From: an uncultured Treponema sp.
GTDB lineage: Bacteria; Spirochaetota; Spirochaetia; Treponematales; Treponemataceae
Direction of reading: 5' to 3'
Assembly: GCA_947166355.1 (NCBI GenBank)
Contig: CAMVDX010000012.1
Location: forward strand, 3,585-67,584
DNA length: 64,000 nucleotides
In this document: positions 19,266-28,546 of the stretch, piece after piece
How the letters are laid out: each line of letters opens with the position of its first letter
How positions within the stretch are numbered: position 1 is the stretch's first letter
The notes under the pieces: model-generated
What the model saw: only the letters and a program-made list of their open reading frames with translations
Databases searched by the model: none
What the model was told of the DNA's origin: nothing
Translations under genes and position numbers: made by a program

Positions 19266-21130
19266 CACACAATTTAAGACCACACATTTACGGCCCCGCA
19301 TCCGGCGACACAGACAACACAGGAAAGAAAAAGTCTCGCAGCACCGTCTGGAAAAATCAGCTTTTCCTATGGAAGCTCTGCTTTAAAACCTGCCCGGGCT
19401 TTATGATTTATCATCTTTACGACGCCTTCCGCTATCAGGGAATGATATTTCTTGAGCACGTACTGGGAATCCGCTACATATTGCGCTGTGCAGAATTTCA
19501 CGAACCATTCACAAAAGCTGCTTTCTACATCGGCATGATTCTTCTTATCAATATGATTCAGATTATCCCGGACGGCTTTTACTGCTACAGCTGGAAGTTC
19601 AAATGTAAGCCAAAGCTTTACCGGGCTCTCAAGGAAGAGATGTTCAAAAAGGCTTCTAAGATTGACCTCTACTGCTACGACGACCCGGCCTACTACAACG
19701 ACTTTGTCCTCAGCGTTTCTGAATCAGAAAATGCAATAGACCGCTTTCTCGACCTTTTGAACATGGCAGTCCAGGCTCTTACAACTCTCTTTACAACAGG
19801 AATCTTCTTCCTTGTTCTGGACCCGATTGGCGTTGTCTTTGTTTTTGCTTCCTTTATTTTCCGCTTCTTTGTTTCTAAAAAGCTCAACAAGGTTAATTAC
19901 GAAAACCGCCTTGCAACAAATCCTTCTATCCGCAAGCGTGATTATGTAAGCCGCGTTTTCTATCTTAAGGATTATGCCAAGGAGCTTCGTCTTCACCCCA
20001 ATGCAGGAAAGCAGCTGGAAGAAGAGTTTGCCCAGGCCAACGATGTGATTATCAGCGAGCACAAAAAGGTTGCTGCAAAGCGTGTCTGGTTCCAGTTCTT
20101 AAAGGACTATGGCGTCGGAGACTTTTTGATTGACGGTCTCTACATCTCCTACCTTGTTTACAAGGCAGCTGTTCTTCACACCGTAAACTACAGTGATGCA
20201 GTAATTCTCTTTAACCGAACAGGAAGCTTGCGAGGTTCTATGGGTAAGTTTGCAGACCTCGGTCCTAAAGCTCATGAGAACTCTATGTTTGTTGATAAAA
20301 TCCGTGCCTTCCTGGCCTACGAACCACGTCTCAAAGATGATGTGGGAGACACTGTTCCTGAGGGTGCAGGCGAACTCAAGCTTGAGCATGTAACTTTTAA
20401 GTATTCCGAAAACGGCCGCACTGTTCTTGATGATATTTCCCTGACTGTAAAACCTGGCGAACACATTGCGATTGTAGGCTACAACGGCGCCGGAAAGACA
20501 ACCCTCATCAAACTGCTCATGCGTCTTTACGACCCGACCAGCGGCTCCATAAGCTATCACGACCGCAAGATTACCGAATTCTGCCCGCGCGAATATCATA
20601 AGAGAATCGGAGTTGTTTTTCAGGACTTTCAGATGTTCGGTGCAAACCTTGCAGAAAATGTTGTAATGGACAATATGACAAAAGAAGAAGAGACCGCCCG
20701 CGCACCTCAGATTACCGATGCCCTCACAGCCGCAGGCTTCGGTGAAAAACTGGCCCGCCTGCCGGACGGACTTTTTACTCAGGTAACCACCGAGTTCGAC
20801 AAGTCCGGCGTAGACTTCTCCGGCGGCGAAAGTCAGAAGGTTGCAATTTCGCGAGCTTTCTACAAAAATGCCGACATCTTAATTATGGACGAACCTTCCA
20901 GCGCCCTGGACCCTATTGCCGAATACGAACTCAATAAGGCCATGGAAAGTGCGGCAAAGGGAAAGACAGTTTTCTATATTTCTCACCGCCTTTCCACAAC
21001 CCGCGATGCAGACCGCATCATCATGCTTGAACGCGGCCGCATAATTGAAGAAGGCACCCACACCGAGCTCCTTGCACGTAAAGGCAAGTATGCCGAAATG
21101 TGGAACGCTCAGGCCGGTAAGTATAATTAA
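19262..21130 (+). CDS. ABC exporter, fused TMD-NBD (probable heterodimer partner)
   Basis: GYNGAGKTT, FSGGESQK and DEPSSALD motifs; ATGA overlap with the upstream paralogue. Confidence 0.9.
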   Translation: MTHNLRPHIYGPASGDTDNTGKKKSRSTVWKNQLFLWKLCFKTCPGFMIYHLYDAFRYQGMIFLEHVLGIRYILRCAEFHEPFTKAAFYIGMILLINMIQIIPDGFYCYSWKFKCKPKLYRALKEEMFKKASKIDLYCYDDPAYYNDFVLSVSESENAIDRFLDLLNMAVQALTTLFTTGIFFLVLDPIGVVFVFASFIFRFFVSKKLNKVNYENRLATNPSIRKRDYVSRVFYLKDYAKELRLHPNAGKQLEEEFAQANDVIISEHKKVAAKRVWFQFLKDYGVGDFLIDGLYISYLVYKAAVLHTVNYSDAVILFNRTGSLRGSMGKFADLGPKAHENSMFVDKIRAFLAYEPRLKDDVGDTVPEGAGELKLEHVTFKYSENGRTVLDDISLTVKPGEHIAIVGYNGAGKTTLIKLLMRLYDPTSGSISYHDRKITEFCPREYHKRIGVVFQDFQMFGANLAENVVMDNMTKEEETARAPQITDALTAAGFGEKLARLPDGLFTQVTTEFDKSGVDFSGGESQKVAISRAFYKNADILIMDEPSSALDPIAEYELNKAMESAAKGKTVFYISHRLSTTRDADRIIMLERGRIIEEGTHTELLARKGKYAEMWNAQAGKYN

Positions 21131-21132
21131 TT

Positions 21133-21238
21133 GTCACCCTGAACCTTCGCAGCATAGCTGCTCGGAGACTCGCTAAAAATAGTCTGCTGGACTATTTTTG
21201 CCCTGCTACGCAGGGCCGCTCCCTATGTTTCAGGGTCT
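21133..21238. repeat. Family B palindrome interrupted by a family D element
   Basis: GTCACCCTGAAC-[~80-nt family D]-TGTTTCAGGGTCT. Confidence 0.82.
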
Positions 21239-23425
21239 CCTTTCAATAAAGCCAATATCGTCAACTTCTACGCTTCCCTTTTCATAAGGGAAGCGTATTT
21301 CTATTTTTTCAACATGATTGAAATCAAATTCTTTATTTTGTGTAAAATCCTCTGCGCCGACAAAGACTGTTGTAAACTGATGCTTATAACCATAATGCTT
21401 AGACAGCACATCAACCTTATATAACTGAACAGCAAGCGGCGGATAAATCTTTCGTAACTCACAGGCGGTTTTTCGCATTCCATTTACATCATAAAATACA
21501 ACTTCATAATTCATAAAGGAAGTATTTTTTGAATCATCATATTTATCTGCCAGCTTAAAGGTAAAACTTTTATCTGTAAAATCAAAATCCTTCAGCTCAA
21601 TTTCAAGGCAGGTATTTTTCTTTTTATTGTTATCCCAGTTAAAGTTAAGACTGTAATTTTCTGACGGCCCGTATTCTCCTGTTTCCCGAATATTTTCATA
21701 CCAGCTATTTGCATTTTGAACCTGTAAGTTTACATCCGGATTTTCAGTTTTGCCAAGCTGATTGCTTCCATCAAAATCAAAAAGATATTCAAAGCCGCTG
21801 TCATCATAGGTTTGTTCACAGGCAGTAGCAGGCAAAGCCGCCGCATATTTTTCATAATCAGAAAAAAGTGATTTATAAGTCTGATCCCCCTTAAGGGTAA
21901 CATCAAGAAAAGTCTTTACAAAGCTGCACAAAATCTTTCTCTGGTCTTCCCCACTGATAAAATCTTTTACATCAAAATACCAGCTGATTGGAGCCGGTAA
22001 ATCATACAGACCCCAGACAGTATTAAACTGCCCGTGATTTGCGCCATAAACATAAAGGGAAGATTTAAAAGAATCCGTCTCTCCGGAAAATTTAATATTG
22101 TTATACTGCTTTTCGCCCTCTACAGAACGAACATCATGATCATTACTTCCATGAATTAAAAGATAATTTACATCTTCAAGAAGCACCGCTTTATTTGCCG
22201 GCTTATACTGATCCACAGTCGGAGAAATTGCAATAAGGCCCTTTATATTAAAGTCATAACCCAGCATTGTATTTCCGTTATCCACAAGCCTTTCCGACTT
22301 ATTAAAATACTGGGCAGTAGCAATTGCCTCACCACCACGAGAGTGCCCGGCCAGGGCAATATTTTCCATATCAAGTCTGTTATAAAGAGGGCTTTCCTTC
22401 CAGACATTCTGCTCCCTGATTTTCTTTATATTTTCCAGAAGGAGGATTGCTCGTCCATCATTTTCGCCCCATAAATCATTACAGCACTGTTCATCAACTG
22501 AAACCATGGCATAACCCCAGGAAGCAAGAAACTCGCCAAGATATTCATAACCAAGATATGATTTTACCGGATACTCATGATTTCCATGAATTATAAAAAG
22601 CACCGGAGCCTTCTCAACATTTGCAGGAAGCCAGATTTTCCCGGCTACAGGCACTTCGGTTAAATCATATTTAAAAAAGAATTTCTTAACCTTGCCGTCA
22701 AAACCATTTCTATTCGCATAACCAGAAATATCGGTAGTGGCAGTAGCAATATCAGAATCCTTGTAACCGTATGTCAGCGTTTCAACTTCATAACTTCCTT
22801 TTGATATTGATTTTTCAAAGCCTTCCGGTGCCGCCGGGAGTTCGCCCTGCATATCAAAATATTTTTTTACGTTCCCCCGCGCAAAGCCTTTACAGGAGAT
22901 AAAGAATATTCCGCCTGCCAGCACAAGACAGCTTACAGACGTAATTATCCAGAACAAAAGACTGCGTCGCTTTTTTACAAAGAAGGAATAAATGCACCGT
23001 CCTAAAAAATCAAGACTCAAGAGAAAAAGGATAACTCCCAAAACAAAGCCATTTCCACCTCTCGGAGTATAGCTTACGATTATTGAATAATCGATTATAA
23101 AAACAACTTGTGCAGGGTAAGTCTTTTTAAACAATATCTTAAAAATGAGATTTATAAGAAAAATCAGTAAAGGAATAATAAGGGCAGAAGCCGACAGTCT
23201 CCATACCAGTGGAATAAACTTAAAAAGTTCTCTGAGCTCAAAACTGAAATAAATTACACTTACAATTCCAAGGGCAATTACTGCCCCCATTTTTCCTTCA
23301 TGGAGAAATTTAATCCCCGGGGAACACTTTGATTTTATAAGTGTCTTTATAGATACTGTGGTCTTTTTCAACCAGCAGACAAATTTCGAATCAATAAGCA
23401 TTTTTAATATTTTTATATTTTTCAT
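21230..23425 (-). CDS. Membrane-anchored alpha/beta hydrolase (chlorophyllase/PET-hydrolase-like)
   Basis: N-terminal TM helices; IHGNH, GHSRGG nucleophile elbow, GANHGQFN. Confidence 0.8.
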   Translation of the reverse strand: MKNIKILKMLIDSKFVCWLKKTTVSIKTLIKSKCSPGIKFLHEGKMGAVIALGIVSVIYFSFELRELFKFIPLVWRLSASALIIPLLIFLINLIFKILFKKTYPAQVVFIIDYSIIVSYTPRGGNGFVLGVILFLLSLDFLGRCIYSFFVKKRRSLLFWIITSVSCLVLAGGIFFISCKGFARGNVKKYFDMQGELPAAPEGFEKSISKGSYEVETLTYGYKDSDIATATTDISGYANRNGFDGKVKKFFFKYDLTEVPVAGKIWLPANVEKAPVLFIIHGNHEYPVKSYLGYEYLGEFLASWGYAMVSVDEQCCNDLWGENDGRAILLLENIKKIREQNVWKESPLYNRLDMENIALAGHSRGGEAIATAQYFNKSERLVDNGNTMLGYDFNIKGLIAISPTVDQYKPANKAVLLEDVNYLLIHGSNDHDVRSVEGEKQYNNIKFSGETDSFKSSLYVYGANHGQFNTVWGLYDLPAPISWYFDVKDFISGEDQRKILCSFVKTFLDVTLKGDQTYKSLFSDYEKYAAALPATACEQTYDDSGFEYLFDFDGSNQLGKTENPDVNLQVQNANSWYENIRETGEYGPSENYSLNFNWDNNKKKNTCLEIELKDFDFTDKSFTFKLADKYDDSKNTSFMNYEVVFYDVNGMRKTACELRKIYPPLAVQLYKVDVLSKHYGYKHQFTTVFVGAEDFTQNKEFDFNHVEKIEIRFPYEKGSVEVDDIGFIERRP

Positions 23426-23471
23426 TCTTTTTATTATTATGAAAAATATTAAATGTGTCTAGGAAAGAAGC

Positions 23472-24863
23472 TTAAAAGCTAAGTTTGAATACTGCTCCGC
23501 CAGTCTCTAAGTTTCCGGCAGAAATTTCTGCTCCGAGAGCCTCTGCAAGAGTTTTAGCAATAGCAAGTCCCAGCCCGCTTCCGCCGACACTGCGTGTATG
23601 CGCTTCATCAGCTCTGTAGAAACGTTCAAAAACATGAGGCAAGGCTTCCTGGGAAATACCAGGGCCATCGTCACTCTCGCTGATTTCAAAACGTCCATCT
23701 TCCTTACGAACGGTAGTTAGCCTAATCTGACATTTCGAACCTGCAAATTTCACACTGTTAGAAACAAGCACCGTAATAATCTGATGCAGCATTTCCGGGT
23801 CAGTCTCTATAGTGACCGAAGAAGGACATTCTATCTCAAACTTCACCTCAGGAGCCACAGCCGCAAACTCTCTTGCAACTCTGTCAAAAAGCTCTGCCAC
23901 TTCTACCGGGCAAAGCTTTGGCTTTATGCGACCACTTTCAACCCGTGAAATCTGCAGAAGATTTTCAATAATCGCATGCATAGATTTTGCTTCATCTTTA
24001 ATTGCATTCAGCGACTTTTCAAGCTGTTCAGGATTATCCTTGCCCCAGCGCAAAAGCAACCCCGCCTGCCCCGAAATCACCGTGAGCGGCGTATTAAGCT
24101 CATGAGAAACATCACTGGAGAATTGTCGCTCCCTGTCGAAGTCAGCTTTAATCCTCAGAAATAAATCATTAAAGGTTGAAGAAAGCTCATCTATTTCATC
24201 CCCGCGGCCTGTAAGCGGCAGCTGGCCATCAAGGTTTTCTGTAGTCATAGTCTGAGCTGCTCTTGTAATTTTTGTTACCGGCTTTATAGTATTTTTTGTA
24301 AGCAGGAGAGAAAACAAAAATGAAAGCAGCAGCACAGGAAGTGCCATAAGCAAAAGTGCCGAAGGCAGCTGTGGAAAAAGTTTTGTAAAAGAATCATTCT
24401 CTATATTTTCTGCAACTGCAATTACAATATTTCTCTCACCAAGCTTATGTGTTTTAGAAAAATATAAAACATCAAGGTCTCCATCAAAAAAGAAATCTTT
24501 TTCAAAATAATGAACGGCCTTTCCGCCTGTATCTTTTAAAAGCGGCAAAAAAGGATCGTTAGTTGCAAGCACATCTTCTGAATCTGAATCATAGGCAATA
24601 TAGGTGTGATAATAAGGAAGCTCACTGGAAAGAAAAAAGCTGTCATCTTCTTCAAGCATATTCTGGGCCAGTCCCTCGGACGTCTGTAATTTTTCCAATA
24701 ATTCTTCAAGTATATGATTTTCAGAAGCCATCAGCATTTCTGTCTGATTTCTCTTAACAAGAGAACGAATACAATACAGAAAAGAAAGTGAAAGCAGGAT
24801 TGTTGAGATTGTGAGAATAAACATAAAACGAAGTGACAGTCTGACTGCAAAAGATTTTTTCAT
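23472..24863 (-). CDS. HAMP sensor histidine kinase
   Basis: Two TM helices, HAMP, SHELNTPL, DDGPGI, GSGLGL. Confidence 0.93.
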   Translation of the reverse strand: MKKSFAVRLSLRFMFILTISTILLSLSFLYCIRSLVKRNQTEMLMASENHILEELLEKLQTSEGLAQNMLEEDDSFFLSSELPYYHTYIAYDSDSEDVLATNDPFLPLLKDTGGKAVHYFEKDFFFDGDLDVLYFSKTHKLGERNIVIAVAENIENDSFTKLFPQLPSALLLMALPVLLLSFLFSLLLTKNTIKPVTKITRAAQTMTTENLDGQLPLTGRGDEIDELSSTFNDLFLRIKADFDRERQFSSDVSHELNTPLTVISGQAGLLLRWGKDNPEQLEKSLNAIKDEAKSMHAIIENLLQISRVESGRIKPKLCPVEVAELFDRVAREFAAVAPEVKFEIECPSSVTIETDPEMLHQIITVLVSNSVKFAGSKCQIRLTTVRKEDGRFEISESDDGPGISQEALPHVFERFYRADEAHTRSVGGSGLGLAIAKTLAEALGAEISAGNLETGGAVFKLSF

Positions 24864-24878
24864 TTCACTTCCTTCCAG

Positions 24879-25601
24879 CTAGCCCATCATGTAGCCCGCG
24901 CCACGGACTGTTCTGATATATTCATCCTTTGTGTATTCTGAAATTTTTGAACGCAGATACCCCACGTAAACATCAACTGTATTTTCATCGATGTAGTGTC
25001 CAACTCCCCAGATTTCATCAATAATTTGCTGACGTGAAAAAACCTTGCCCTGATTTTCTATCAAAAGCTTAAGGAAAAGGAATTCTGTTTTTGAAAGCTG
25101 AACTTCTACCATATTCGAATCGGCGCCTTCTCCATCAAGGCTCTCCTTCTCTGCAACCTTATCATTTTTAATTGAAAAACTCATACGGTCAATATTGAGG
25201 ATTAAATTTTTGATTGAAACCGGTGATTCCTTTTCCTTTGCATAATTCACGCGTCGGAAAAGCGCATTTATACGTGCCAGAAGCTCCTCAATTTCAAACG
25301 GCTTTGGAATATAATCATCAGCTCCAAGATTAAGCCCATTGATTTTATCAATAGTTTCACCGCGGGCTGTTTCAAGAATTACCGGCACTGTAGATTCAGC
25401 ACGAATACGACGAAGCACTTCAAGTCCGTTTAGTTCAGGAAGCATAATATCAAGTAAAATCAAATCCGGCTTTTCACTTTCAAACTTTTCAAGTGCTTCA
25501 CGTCCAGTAACAGCAAGGCAGGTTGTATATCCTTCATGCTCTAATTCTGGAATTACGAAATCAGAAATTCCCTTATCATCTTCTACAATTAAAATTTTCA
25601 T
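24879..25601 (-). CDS. OmpR-family response regulator
   Basis: VEDD, LLDIMLP, KPF and IRTVRGAGY motifs. Confidence 0.93.
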   Translation of the reverse strand: MKILIVEDDKGISDFVIPELEHEGYTTCLAVTGREALEKFESEKPDLILLDIMLPELNGLEVLRRIRAESTVPVILETARGETIDKINGLNLGADDYIPKPFEIEELLARINALFRRVNYAKEKESPVSIKNLILNIDRMSFSIKNDKVAEKESLDGEGADSNMVEVQLSKTEFLFLKLLIENQGKVFSRQQIIDEIWGVGHYIDENTVDVYVGYLRSKISEYTKDEYIRTVRGAGYMMG

Positions 25602-25609
25602 CTTTCACC

Positions 25610-26134
25610 TCACTCACTATCAACTTCAATCAAAAGCTCAACCGGCTCAATAATTTTACCATCAAAAGAACTGATATTCTGAACTTTTAATTTAAATGTA
25701 TCTTCAGTTACAGGCAGCAACATGCTTACTGAATTTCCTTTTTTATTAAAATGAAATCTCATTCCAAAAGGAATAACCTTGTTATTAAGATGAAAAGAAT
25801 CTGACCTCAGAGTCAAAGGATTTATACTCTGATTGAAAAAAATTACAATACTAACTATATTCTCTGCTTTTCTTTCACATCTTGTATGAACTATTTCTAA
25901 AGGAAGATTTTCTGTATATGCCCTGTTTCCACGATAATGAATAATATTATCCGGATCCTTTGGAGGGCGTTTATAATGCTGTTTATCCGGCAATTCTTCT
26001 TCTGGAGGCTCCTGGTCAAAAGGTAAAGGAGGGAAATCCTCAGAACCAGGAGCCGCAAAAGAAGGTGCGCAATACACGCACATCATAAAGGAGAAAAATA
26101 GAAAATTTTTGAAGTGAATCTTCAATCTTTTCAT
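25610..26134 (-). CDS. Exported hypothetical protein (Pro-rich linker, Ig-like C-terminus)
   Basis: Signal peptide from ATG 26134, which lies 6 nt after TATAAT; first gene of the two-component operon. Confidence 0.65.
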   Translation of the reverse strand: MKRLKIHFKNFLFFSFMMCVYCAPSFAAPGSEDFPPLPFDQEPPEEELPDKQHYKRPPKDPDNIIHYRGNRAYTENLPLEIVHTRCERKAENIVSIVIFFNQSINPLTLRSDSFHLNNKVIPFGMRFHFNKKGNSVSMLLPVTEDTFKLKVQNISSFDGKIIEPVELLIEVDSE

Positions 26135-26286
26135 ACTTGAATTATATGCCATATCATAAAAAAAGAAATGAGAATTCATCCTGTTTTTGATAAGTATTTT
26201 CTTATTTTCATCTTAATGCCTTTTCAAGATTATTCAAAGCTTCAGCAGTATATTTTAGACAATCTCATTTTCAAGGAGTAAGCAAT

Positions 26287-28305
26287 ATGAAGATTAAAGC
26301 TATTAAAACATTAACGATACTTTTGAGCATCGTACTTTTTTCAAATGCAATGCTTTCCTGTAAAGAAAGCTTACAAACTACAACGCAAGAAACTACATCT
26401 AAAGAAGCTGCATCTGGAGCTGTTATTGCAGAAGACTTATATGAAAACTTTAATTCAGATGGTACAGTTTACATTAAGTTCTCCGGCAACAATTTTACCA
26501 GCAGCTTTGAAGGAAGCGCAAGCGCAGATGAAATCTCTATAAAGAAGGTTGAAAATTCAGAAAAAGATGAAACTTCTTCCGGCGTAGAAATTCAGTATAA
26601 AGGAAGTTCAAAAATCAAATATGTCCTTAGTGGAAATTACACTGGTACAGTTTTTATCAAAAACAAAAAAGCTGATGCTGCAGTCGTTTTGAATAATGTA
26701 AATCTTACCAGTGCAGACGGAGCCGGCCCTGTTCTTCGTTTTAGTGCTGAAGAAACCCGAACATTTATAGTAGTACCTGCCGGAACCACAAACACACTCA
26801 CAGACACCCGTCTGCTCAATCAGAGCTCTACAATGTATGATGATAAAAAGGGATCCGTTTACGCAAAGGGAACTTTGATTTTTACCGGCGAGACTTCTGT
26901 GAAAGCCGGCGGAACTCTGAACATCATAAACACCGGCTACAAGCATGCAGTTTACAGCAAAGACTACATCAGAATTGCAAACCTTAATCTGAATGTTACT
27001 GTAGAAGGACAGACTGGTCGTGACTGTATCCGCGCCCTCAATGCAATCATTGTAGATGATGGAAATCTTAAGCTTGTTGGAAACGGAACTATTACAGATG
27101 ACGAAAGTGCCGGACTTAGAGTTGATGGCGAAGACGCTGATGATGACGACATGACAGTTGAATATACAGCAGGAGCCGGCTTTATCATTATCAACGGTGG
27201 AAACATAGACATCACTACTGTTGCTAAAGGAATTACCGCTCACTGGAAATCTGCAAACACTGTAATTGGAAATTCAAAATATACAGCCACAGCAAATAAA
27301 TCACTTTTGTGCAGCAACTATCTAAAAGGAACAAGTACAACAAAACCAAATCCTTTTGTAGAAATAAACGGCGGAACAATTAATGTAGTAACCACAGGCC
27401 AGCCTTACGAAGGCCGCAGCGACTCAGATCCAAGCTGCTCACCAGAAGGAATTGAAGCAAAAGCAAATCTCACTATTAATGGCGGAACAATTACCCTGAA
27501 TACAACTGATGATGCAATTAATGCCGGTGGAAATATTGTAATAAACGGCGGTTCAATTTATGCCTGCAGTTCTTTGAACGATGGAATTGATTCAAACGGA
27601 AGCGCTGGAATTATTATCAATGATGGAGTTGTTATTGCGATAGGCGGTAATGGCGGCGAATGTGCCTTTGACTGTGACAATGCTCCATTTACAATCAACG
27701 GCGGTTATGTAATGGGAATTGGCGGCGGAAACTACACTGCTCCAAAAAACTGTAAGCAGACAACTCTCGTTCTGGGCAGCAGCAGCACTGGCTCAGCAAA
27801 CACAAGCTTTGCAGTAGTTGATTCAAAAAATAATCCTGTCTTTGTTTACACACTTCCGGCAGCCCAGGGAGAAGTCTTAATTCTTTCCAGCCCGGAACTC
27901 AAGACAGATACAAGCTACAGTATAAAAACTGGCATAACTATAAAAACAAACACAGGTACAAGCTTCCATAATCTGTACACAAAGATGCCTTCAATAAGTG
28001 GAGGAAGTGCAAGCCTTACAAATATTTCTACTACAAGCAGCAATACAGTCTATACAGATTCTAATGCCGGCCGCGGTGGATTTGGCGGACACGGTGGCTT
28101 TGGTGGCGGTTTTGGCGGTGGCCGTGGAGCTAATGGCAACTTCGGAGGTCGCGGCGGCAATTTCCGCAACGGCCAGCAGCCTGAAGATATGCCTGAGCCG
28201 CCAGAGGGAATGACTCCACCAGATGGCTTTGACCCGAACCAGCAAAAAAATGGAAAGAACTTCCAACGAGATGGAAAAGGAAGCAGGGGAAGTATTAGAC
28301 AATAA
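26287..28305 (+). CDS. Cthe_2159/DUF4353-type beta-helix carbohydrate-binding lipoprotein with Gly/Pro-rich tail
   Basis: Lipobox MLSC; repeated I.I.GG.I.I; DDAINAGG, DGIDSNG; GGFGG tail. Confidence 0.8.
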   Translation: MKIKAIKTLTILLSIVLFSNAMLSCKESLQTTTQETTSKEAASGAVIAEDLYENFNSDGTVYIKFSGNNFTSSFEGSASADEISIKKVENSEKDETSSGVEIQYKGSSKIKYVLSGNYTGTVFIKNKKADAAVVLNNVNLTSADGAGPVLRFSAEETRTFIVVPAGTTNTLTDTRLLNQSSTMYDDKKGSVYAKGTLIFTGETSVKAGGTLNIINTGYKHAVYSKDYIRIANLNLNVTVEGQTGRDCIRALNAIIVDDGNLKLVGNGTITDDESAGLRVDGEDADDDDMTVEYTAGAGFIIINGGNIDITTVAKGITAHWKSANTVIGNSKYTATANKSLLCSNYLKGTSTTKPNPFVEINGGTINVVTTGQPYEGRSDSDPSCSPEGIEAKANLTINGGTITLNTTDDAINAGGNIVINGGSIYACSSLNDGIDSNGSAGIIINDGVVIAIGGNGGECAFDCDNAPFTINGGYVMGIGGGNYTAPKNCKQTTLVLGSSSTGSANTSFAVVDSKNNPVFVYTLPAAQGEVLILSSPELKTDTSYSIKTGITIKTNTGTSFHNLYTKMPSISGGSASLTNISTTSSNTVYTDSNAGRGGFGGHGGFGGGFGGGRGANGNFGGRGGNFRNGQQPEDMPEPPEGMTPPDGFDPNQQKNGKNFQRDGKGSRGSIRQ

Positions 28306-28546
28306 TGGATTGCTTCGCCCTGCGGACTCGCAATGACGAATTACAAACGGTCATTGCGAGGAGCCCAAAGGGCGACGTGGCAATCTACAGTCATGGATTG
28401 CTTCGCTACGCTCGCAATGACGGTGTTCTAATCTTGCAATGACATAAAAAAAGCCCGGCGAAAGCCGGGCTTCTTGTCACCCTGAACTTGTTTCTCAGGG
28501 TCTCTTAATTACCGTCATTGCGAGGAGCGCAGCGACGTGGCAATCT
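28306..28546. repeat. Mosaic of family A (4 units plus a partial) and family B palindromes around a terminator
   Basis: Alternating GATTGC...GCAATGAC and GTCATTGCGAG...GCAATC units; GTCACCCTGAAC unit at 28476. Confidence 0.88.
28446..28475. terminator. Probably bidirectional intrinsic terminator
   Basis: A7-GCCCGGC-GAAA-GCCGGGC-TTCTT between convergent genes. Confidence 0.8.

Noticed and set aside
26190-26260. TTCAA direct repeats as an OmpR-type binding site
   Set aside because: Too short and AT-rich to distinguish from background.
28068-28165. GGC/GGT-rich low-complexity tract
   Set aside because: Explained by the Gly-rich protein tail.
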